DNA of 64,000 nucleotides from an uncultured Candidatus Saccharibacteria bacterium (GTDB taxonomy: Bacteria; Patescibacteriota; Minisyncoccia; Phycocordibacterales; CSBR16-119), in the NCBI GenBank assembly GCA_964426385.1, contig CAYRQF010000004.1:12573-76572 (forward strand), read 5' to 3'. The translations under genes were made by a program, and so were the position numbers. Within the stretch, counting starts at the first letter, position 1, and each line of letters begins with the position of its first letter. Of the stretch, positions 1 to 6,104 are shown piece after piece. Under the pieces are notes generated by a model. The model was not told the origin of the DNA. It was given only the letters and a program-made list of their open reading frames with translations, and made no database searches.

Positions 1-147
1 CTCGACTATGTGTCGAGAGAGACGAAGCTGGAGCTGAAGAGGGGGAACGTACTAGTGAATCTCTCTCTCAGTGCAGATAAAGTTCCGATTCTCCCGCGAG
101 ATGACTCGTACAAATACGCCGTGGCGATAGGTCTCGCACTTGGCTAA
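1..147 (+). CDS. pilM: 3' end of a probable type IV pilus assembly protein PilM (partial)
   Basis: Frame 1 reads LDYVSRETKLELKRGNVLVNL...YKYAVAIGLALG*; a YAVAIGLAL C-terminus is typical of PilM/actin-like ATPases. Confidence 0.55.
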   Translation, partial: LDYVSRETKLELKRGNVLVNLSLSADKVPILPRDDSYKYAVAIGLALG

Positions 148-154
148 ATTATTG

Positions 155-226
155 TCCTCCCGGCAGGAATCGAACCTACATCAAGACCTTAGAAGAGTCC
201 TGTTCTATCCATTGAACTACGGGAGG
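155..226 (-). tRNA. tRNA-Arg(TCT)
   Basis: Reverse complement folds as a cloverleaf: acceptor CCTCCCG/CGGGAGG, anticodon loop CTTCTAA, T-loop TTCGATT; CCA not encoded. Confidence 0.95.
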
Positions 227-315
227 CTTGCGTGAAATGCATAATATCACAAATTTAATGGTGTTTCTACCGCTTTGCTTTTGAGTTGGTTAAGTGGTAA
301 ATTAGCAATGCTTAT

Positions 316-388
316 GCGCTCTTAGCTCAGTTGGTAGAGCAGTCCGTTTACACCGGAAAGGTCGGGGGTTCAAGTCCCTCAGGGCGCA
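316..388 (+). tRNA. tRNA-Val(TAC)
   Basis: Acceptor GCGCTCT/AGGGCGC, D-arm GCTC-AGTTGGTA-GAGC, anticodon loop TTTACAC, T-loop TTCAAGT. Confidence 0.95.
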
Positions 389-431
389 CAAAATGTTTAA
401 TTTTACAGGGTTACCAAAAGGCGGGTCTTCT

Positions 432-1364
432 ATGGAGAGAAGTCCAAAGCAACTCTCCGAAGCAGTATTGTCGAATCTGGAACGAGTCGTATCAGAAGAG
501 ATGGAGCCTATAGATCCTGAGGACGTTGCTGAATCACTTGGAATTTCTTCTGAGGAGGTTGAATTAGATAAAAAATATGTTGAGGAAACAAAGGCCGGCA
601 TAGAGCACGGCAACGATTTGAATAAAGGAATCAAGGCTCTCAAGCTCGAATTGGATGGCATAGAGAGTAAGAGGATACTCGACTACAAAGAACGGCTAGG
701 TGAAGTGTTCGAGGGGTTTCTGTACAAGCACATTGGTGAAAGTCGAATATTTAAGAATGTCATTCTCCACAAAACTGCTGAGTATGACGACCTCCGAAAC
801 GGCGTTGATTTCGTAGCGGAATATGAAAATCCAAATAAGCCTAGTTCTTACATCGGACTTGCCATGGATGCATCTTTTTCGAGCTTTGAGCCGATTGTCG
901 CAAAAAAGATACAACGAAGTTTGGGAGATATCCAGAACAATACTCTCTCTGAAGTAAAGTATTTTCAATTCGATGCAGATTCAGAAGAGGGTAACCTCGG
1001 TATCCCGAGAGTTATCGTCGGCACAGATGAAAAACATGTAAAAGCCTTACTAGAAAAGTGGGACCTCAACGAAAAGGCAGAAGAAAAAGTTGTAAGTTTC
1101 GAGGAAAATCCCGTTTGGACTATTATGGCGCTACAGATAGTCGATCAACTAAAGATGTTTATTGGGGAGTCTGAGGCTCACGGACAAGAGAAGATCTCAA
1201 ATATATGCAGGATCTATTTGGCAGGATTGGAAAAATCCCTTAGAGACAACAAAGATCTTGTTAGTAATCATGAGTGGTTAGCAGATCAGGATAAGACACA
1301 TGTTTTGATAAAGAAGTTTTGCGATGACAGAATAAAAGAATTAGAAATGGAAAAGGCTGCTTAA
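432..1364 (+). CDS. hypothetical protein (acidic; DD-x2-NGVD motif)
   Basis: Long ORF (track start 393; ATG at 432 looks more plausible); no family recognised with confidence. Confidence 0.8.
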   Translation: MERSPKQLSEAVLSNLERVVSEEMEPIDPEDVAESLGISSEEVELDKKYVEETKAGIEHGNDLNKGIKALKLELDGIESKRILDYKERLGEVFEGFLYKHIGESRIFKNVILHKTAEYDDLRNGVDFVAEYENPNKPSSYIGLAMDASFSSFEPIVAKKIQRSLGDIQNNTLSEVKYFQFDADSEEGNLGIPRVIVGTDEKHVKALLEKWDLNEKAEEKVVSFEENPVWTIMALQIVDQLKMFIGESEAHGQEKISNICRIYLAGLEKSLRDNKDLVSNHEWLADQDKTHVLIKKFCDDRIKELEMEKAA

Positions 1365-1365
1365 G

Positions 1366-2100
1366 ATGAATCCAGAAATAATATTTGAAAATGACGCCTA
1401 TTTAGTAATAAACAAACCTCCCGGCTTGGTTGTTCATAGCGATGGTAAGACCGTCGAGAGAACGCTCGTTGATTGGGTGATCGAAAACTATCCCGAGATA
1501 GAAAACGTCGGTGAGCCGTTAATCATCCGTGGCAAAGACGAGGAAGAAACTATTATCAAACGTCCCGGTATCGTCCACCGCCTCGACCGCGAGACTTCTG
1601 GCGTGATGATTATCGTCAAAACTGACGAAGCCTTTCAGTTCTTCAAGAGCGCCTTCAAAGACCGAGATATATCGAAAACCTACAACGCTATCGTCTGGGG
1701 TCATGTGAAAGAAGATGATGGCATAATAGATGCGCCGATCGCTCGGTCCAAGAGCGACTTCCGCAAATGGTCAGCTCAGCGTGGAGCTAGGGGTCAGAAG
1801 AGAAATGCTGTGACCGAATATAAAGTCTTGTCTAGATTCATCGACGACGGTCAGAAATTCACATTGCTCGAGCTCAAACCTCAGACCGGCCGAACTCATC
1901 AGATTCGCGTCCATATGAAATACTTCAATCACCCGATAATATGTGACTCTCTGTATGGGGAAGGCAAGCCCAAGGTGCTCGGATTCACTCGGACAGCACT
2001 ACATTCTAGGAAGATAGAATTTGCTGACGTGGAGGGGGAGAATCAGGCCTTTGAGGCCCCATATCCTGACGACTTTCTGGAAACTATTGCGAAACTCTAG
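1366..2100 (+). CDS. RluA-family pseudouridine synthase
   Basis: NKPPGLVVH, GIVHRLDRETSG (catalytic Asp) and TGRTHQIRVH motifs. Confidence 0.95.
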   Translation: MNPEIIFENDAYLVINKPPGLVVHSDGKTVERTLVDWVIENYPEIENVGEPLIIRGKDEEETIIKRPGIVHRLDRETSGVMIIVKTDEAFQFFKSAFKDRDISKTYNAIVWGHVKEDDGIIDAPIARSKSDFRKWSAQRGARGQKRNAVTEYKVLSRFIDDGQKFTLLELKPQTGRTHQIRVHMKYFNHPIICDSLYGEGKPKVLGFTRTALHSRKIEFADVEGENQAFEAPYPDDFLETIAKL

Positions 2101-2129
2101 CGCTTGTGTTAAAGTTCCCCGTATCTAAT

Positions 2130-2576
2130 ATGACAAAGACAACCATAAAACTATCGCCTGTAACCCACGAATCGGTCAAGAAGCTCGACGTTAAGTCTGG
2201 CGATACTGTTCGCGTTTGGTCTAAAATCCAGGAAAAGGGCAAAACTCGTCTTCAGGCTTTCGAAGGTCTCGTTCTAGCTCGTAAGCACGGCTCAGAAACA
2301 GGTGCCACTATCACTGTCCGCAAGGTCTCTAACGGCATCGGCGTAGAGCGAATCTTCCCGCTACACTCACCATCTATCGACCGTATCGAACTCGTGAAGA
2401 GGTCCAAGACCAAGCGTTCAAAACTCTACTTCCTCAAAGACAAGACAAACAAAGAAATCAGAAAGAAACTCAAAGCATTCGGCGTCGTAGTCTCTGACAA
2501 AGAAGAGGTTAAAGCTGAAGAGATGATGGACGAAGTAGTAGAGGCTCCAAAAGAAGAAACTCCTAAAGCTGAATAA
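2130..2576 (+). CDS. rplS: 50S ribosomal protein L19
   Basis: GDTVRV...RLQAFEGLV...TVRKVSNGIGVERIFPLHSP. Confidence 0.97.
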   Translation: MTKTTIKLSPVTHESVKKLDVKSGDTVRVWSKIQEKGKTRLQAFEGLVLARKHGSETGATITVRKVSNGIGVERIFPLHSPSIDRIELVKRSKTKRSKLYFLKDKTNKEIRKKLKAFGVVVSDKEEVKAEEMMDEVVEAPKEETPKAE

Positions 2577-2582
2577 AAGCCA

Positions 2583-2900
2583 CTCCGCAAAACATAAATT
2601 TTCTCACCCTGTGGATCGCAAGCGCACTCACGAAAAAACCGCCTGTAGGCGGATTTTTTCTGCGTGTTCGGGTCCTCGGGTTCTAAAATTTATGTTTTGC
2701 TCCGCTATGAGGTTACCGTCTCGACCCTTGGAAAAACACCGTTAAAAAACCAAAGTGGTTTGCTTTAGAAAACAGTTCTGTTCGAAGAAAGGCCTAAGCC
2801 TTTCTAGTTAACGGTTTTCTTGGCCAAAACCGCTTTGGTTTTAGGTGCTTTTACACTGGGTCTAGATTTTTTGTTACTTTTGCATCATGGCAAAAGTAAG
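2583..2900 (+). repeat. long palindromic repeat, full three-hairpin copy 1
   Basis: Nested inverted repeats (gcaaaacataaatttt/aaaatttatgttttgc; gaccc...gggtc; ttacttttgc/gcaaaagtaa), homologous to 11736-12043. Confidence 0.85.
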
Positions 2901-2910
2901 GAGAAGTCTT

Positions 2911-3831
2911 TTATTTCTTCCTCTTCGAGTGAAAATTCTTGTGCACTTGTCGAAGTTGAGTGTCGGTAACGTGGGTATAGATCTGAGTTGTGGCGATGTT
3001 GGCATGGCCGAGCATCATCTGGACTGAGCGGATATCAGCGCCGTTTCGGAGTAGGTCGGTCGCGTAGCTGTGGCGGAGTGTGTGTGGTGTAACTTTTTTG
3101 GATATGCCAGCAATAATGGCGTATTTTTTTACCAGTCTCTCTATCGAGCGAGGAGTGAGGCGCATCTCGCCCTTGGCATTTTTATTCTTGCCGAACTGGA
3201 TGAACATGGCGTCATCCATGTCTTTGCGGAGTTTCAAGTATGCCTTGATCGCACTTTTGGCTTCGTCGGACAGGAATACTACTCGGACTTTCTCGCCCTT
3301 GCCTCGGATAGAGAATTCGTCTTTGGTGAGATCTAGGTCGCGGTTGAGGCTAGCGAGCTCGGCGAGACGAAGTCCTGTGGAGAAGAATAGTTCGAGAATC
3401 GCTTTGTCTCGGAGCGCTGAGATATCTGCGCCCTTCGGGGCAGAGAGGAGTCTCTCGAGTTCAGTGTGTGACATGAGGTCGAGGCTTCTCTGGGCAGTCT
3501 TGGCGAGTTCGATCTTGTCTGGCGACATAGTGGTGACCCCGCGCTTCATCATGTACTTGAGGAAGCTCCTGAGCGCTATGAGGTGATAGTTCTGAGTGTT
3601 CTTCTTCATGCTCGCCGCAGTCTGTCCACGAACCTTCATACCAGACTGGCGGTTCAGGAAAAGACGAAACTCGCGAAGTTTGTTCTCGTCTATGTCGGCA
3701 GCATCACCAATCTTCGCAAAATCGAAAAACTTGGTTAGGTAGTGGTCGTAATTGCGAACAGTCCGGAGGGACAGACCTTTCTCGATCTCGACGTATTCGA
3801 GGAATTGTGTTTTGGCCTCGGCAATCTTCAT
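2911..3831 (-). CDS. XerC/XerD-family tyrosine recombinase
   Basis: STGLR, RGKGEK, HTLRH, LGHANIATTQIY catalytic motifs; N-terminal SAM-like domain. Confidence 0.93.
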   Translation of the reverse strand: MKIAEAKTQFLEYVEIEKGLSLRTVRNYDHYLTKFFDFAKIGDAADIDENKLREFRLFLNRQSGMKVRGQTAASMKKNTQNYHLIALRSFLKYMMKRGVTTMSPDKIELAKTAQRSLDLMSHTELERLLSAPKGADISALRDKAILELFFSTGLRLAELASLNRDLDLTKDEFSIRGKGEKVRVVFLSDEAKSAIKAYLKLRKDMDDAMFIQFGKNKNAKGEMRLTPRSIERLVKKYAIIAGISKKVTPHTLRHSYATDLLRNGADIRSVQMMLGHANIATTQIYTHVTDTQLRQVHKNFHSKRKK

Positions 3832-3893
3832 GCATGTATTATACCAAGCGTCGTAAAATAATGGAGATATGCACTAAGTTAGAGATTTGATGT

Positions 3894-3922
3894 TTGACTA
3901 AGACTTTCAAGAATAAGATAAT
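3894..3922 (+). promoter_or_regulatory. putative sigma70 promoter for the orphan RNA
   Basis: TTGACT at 3894, then GATAAT 17 nt later (imperfect -10). Confidence 0.45.
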
Positions 3923-3926
3923 TAAT

Positions 3927-4405
3927 GAACCGAGGGCTCAGGGTTGGGTATCCGCAAAAGCGGAAGCTGCTCGGCTGACGAAAGGGCTTCTAAGCGAGAA
4001 CGTGGGCGTTCCACGTTCTCGCCTGGAGGACGCTCTTCCGATCATGTTCATTACTGGAGCTCTTGCTCCACCTATATCCACCGCTCTTGTCAGGGCGGTG
4101 TGTTTTTATTTGACAACATCCGTGATCTGGCAGAGAATACAACTATCCCTTAACAGTCCGTGCGATGGAGGGCTGACGATTGTGAAGTTGGTAGGTTGAG
4201 TGAACTCTTCTGAGCGAGCGGTGCGGGCCTGGATCAGGCTTGCGGAATAGGCTTTGGTGGAAGTTCTGAACTGCTGCCCCGGGTCCGTACCCTCACTTGG
4301 AAGAGAAGTTCTTTTGTCACATGCAAATACACGTCAAACCAAACGTTCCTCGAAGAAGACTGTGCTGTTCGCCTGTGAAAGCTGCCGCCCTCGGGCGGCT
4401 TTCGC
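3927..4405 (+). ncRNA. candidate large structured non-coding RNA of unknown class
   Basis: No credible ORF; perfect 12-bp hairpin 3994-4022, further hairpins 4055-4070 and 4079-4100, long-range pairings, terminal hairpin 4375-4405. Confidence 0.6.
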
Positions 4406-4630
4406 GTTATATTGACTTAATTATCCAGATATGTTACTATCTAGGGGTTCCAAAAGCTTGCCCGGACACCTATTATTTCATCATTTTGCTTTTTCAAAAT
4501 AATCTAATCAATATTTCGGGTGCAAGTAAGAAAACAGCCTAAAAATACCAATATTCTGGCAAAATAAAAGCCATGAAATAATTGGTGTAAGGGCTTGCGG
4601 AACATTTTTATATATAGTAATATCCGACAC

Positions 4631-4897
4631 ATGTTAACGACAGCCAAAAAAGCGAAAGTCATCAAGAAGGCCCAGATCCACGATAAGGATACAGGTTCTT
4701 CTAATGCACAGATTGCTATTCTTTCAGAAAGAATCAAGGAGCTATCCGACCATTTGAAAAAGCACAAAAAGGATAACCACTCTCGCAGAGGTCTAATCAA
4801 GCTCGTCGCTAAGCGCCGAAACCACTTGAAATTCCTCGAGAGAAATGACAAGGCTGCTTTCGAGCAGATCTCAAAAGAGCTCAAGCTTGCTAGCTAA
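4631..4897 (+). CDS. rpsO: 30S ribosomal protein S15
   Basis: DTGSSNAQIAILSERI...HKKDNHSRRGL. Confidence 0.97.
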   Translation: MLTTAKKAKVIKKAQIHDKDTGSSNAQIAILSERIKELSDHLKKHKKDNHSRRGLIKLVAKRRNHLKFLERNDKAAFEQISKELKLAS

Positions 4898-4955
4898 GCT
4901 CCTCTCTTAGACTTTTTCGCGGTATACTTTATTTAGATTTTCTAACGGGCTGCAA

Positions 4956-5025
4956 GCCCCCACACCTATATTTTGATTGCGCCGAAGGCGCGTTTATAAA
5001 ACTATAAAAATATAGGTGTGGGGGC
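4956..5025. repeat. 70-bp element with perfect 19-bp terminal inverted repeats (MITE/REP-like)
   Basis: gcccccacacctatatttt ... aaaatataggtgtgggggc, with an internal gcgcc-gaa-ggcgc hairpin. Confidence 0.75.
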
Positions 5026-5091
5026 AAGCAAAGGAACAATTTATTTTTTTTAATATTAATTTCTACGCATTTCTTTTGCGTACTATAGACT

Positions 5092-5697
5092 ATGAGTAAA
5101 ATCATTAAACACAAGGAACAGCGAGTCGGTGTATTCATCGACGCGCAGAACCTATATCACACGGCCAAGAATCTCTTCGGCCACAAAGTCAACTTCGGCA
5201 AAATAGTCGAAGATGCAGTAGCAGGTAGAAAACTCGTTCGAGCCATTTCCTATGTCATCACATCTGAATCTGGCGAAGAACAAGGGTTCTTCGACGCACT
5301 GAACAAAGCGGGCATCGAGACGAAAGCCAAGGACCTCCAGATATTTGCCGGTGGTGCCAAGAAAGCTGACTGGGATGTCGGACTCGCCGTCGACGCTATC
5401 ACTATGGCGCCGAAACTCGACGCCGTCATTCTGCTCTCCGGAGATGGAGACTTCATCCCGATGGTCCAGTATCTCCAGATCCACTCGGGTATCCAGGTAG
5501 AAGTCGCATCATTTGGTAAATCTTCTTCGCAGAAGCTTATCGAAGAATGTGATGACTTCATGGATCTCTCTGAGAATCCAGAGAAATATCTTATCGGATT
5601 CCGTAGCCGCCGTGTCCCACGTGGGGGCCGAGGCCGACCGGGAACCGACAAGCCGGCAACGTCCAATGTGACGATAAGTCCAGCGGTACCTAAGTAG
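5092..5697 (+). CDS. NYN-domain (LabA/DUF88, PIN-like) protein
   Basis: VFIDAQNLY, KKADWDVGLAVD and LSGDGDF acidic motifs. Confidence 0.92.
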   Translation: MSKIIKHKEQRVGVFIDAQNLYHTAKNLFGHKVNFGKIVEDAVAGRKLVRAISYVITSESGEEQGFFDALNKAGIETKAKDLQIFAGGAKKADWDVGLAVDAITMAPKLDAVILLSGDGDFIPMVQYLQIHSGIQVEVASFGKSSSQKLIEECDDFMDLSENPEKYLIGFRSRRVPRGGRGRPGTDKPATSNVTISPAVPK

Positions 5698-5729
5698 GAT
5701 TTAGGATTTAAGAAGTAAGATTTAAAAGC
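5695..5729 (+). repeat. 7-nt tandem array (TARGATT type)
   Basis: taggatt taggatt taagaag taagatt taaaagc, beginning at the NYN stop codon. Confidence 0.75.
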
Positions 5730-5758
5730 AAAAAGCCCAATTCGGGCTTTTTGCTTTT
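5724..5758 (+). terminator. intrinsic terminator (bidirectional form)
   Basis: aaaagcaaaaagccc-aattc-gggctttttgctttt. Confidence 0.8.
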
Positions 5759-5761
5759 GGT

Positions 5762-5789
5762 TTGACAGTCACTGAAATAAATATAATAT
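5762..5789 (+). promoter_or_regulatory. putative promoter of the tRNA-like gene
   Basis: TTGACA at 5762, followed by an AT-rich -10 region (TAATAT at 5784). Confidence 0.6.
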
Positions 5790-5801
5790 ATTGTTCGAAA
5801 C

Positions 5802-5953
5802 GGCCCTTTAGCTCAGCCCGGGAGGTGACTTGATAGTCAAGGATCGTTGTTTGTGTACTAGTTAAGCAAACAGCATGAATTGCCAGTATTTTCACCAGAC
5901 AGAGCGCTCGACTGCCAGTTGAGAGGTCCCTAGTTCAAATCTGGGAAGGGCTA
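5802..5953 (+). tRNA. tRNA-like RNA, anticodon GCC (Gly), with a ~79-nt insertion in the D-loop
   Basis: Acceptor GGCCCTT/AAGGGCT, D-stem GCTC/GAGC, anticodon arm CTCGA-CTGCCAG-TTGAG, variable AGGTC, T-arm CCTAG-TTCAAAT-CTGGG; insert at about 5822-5900. Confidence 0.85.
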
Positions 5954-5957
5954 CAAT

Positions 5958-5992
5958 GAAGTCCGCCATGAATGTGGCGGGCTTCCTTTTTT
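5958..5992 (+). terminator. intrinsic terminator after the tRNA-like gene
   Basis: gaagtccgcca-tgaatg-tggcgggcttc followed by a T-run. Confidence 0.8.
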
Positions 5993-6031
5993 AGGAGAAA
6001 TCTCTATACTTTAGATATTAAAAGATTAACT

Positions 6032-6095
6032 AGTTTGCGTTTAGGCAGGTAGGATTGAAGCCATTGGTTTCAGTACTAAAGCCTAGACGGAAACT
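6032..6095 (+). promoter_or_regulatory. long stem-loop in the pnp 5' leader
   Basis: agtttgcgtttaggc ... gcctagacggaaact, with an inner tgaagcca/tggtttca stem, just upstream of the pnp ATG. Confidence 0.55.
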
Positions 6096-6104
6096 CATAA
6101 TTAG

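Noticed and set aside
2911-3831. Recombinase as a prophage/ICE integrase
   Set aside because: XerC/D size and motifs, housekeeping neighbours, and no phage genes or duplicated tRNA ends seen
3974-4190. Hammerhead ribozyme cores (CTGACGA twice)
   Set aside because: The required GAAA after stem II is absent (CGAT and GAAG instead) and I could not build a canonical three-stem core
3927-4405. RNase P RNA, tmRNA or SRP RNA
   Set aside because: No GAGGAAAGTCC/P4 partner, no tRNA-like ends and no SRP helix-8 motif recognisable on either strand; a very divergent form cannot be excluded without cmscan
3894-4542. Short ORFs 3894-4199, 3944-4153 and 4297-4542
   Set aside because: TTG starts, atypical composition and no recognisable motifs; better explained as chance frames in structured non-coding DNA
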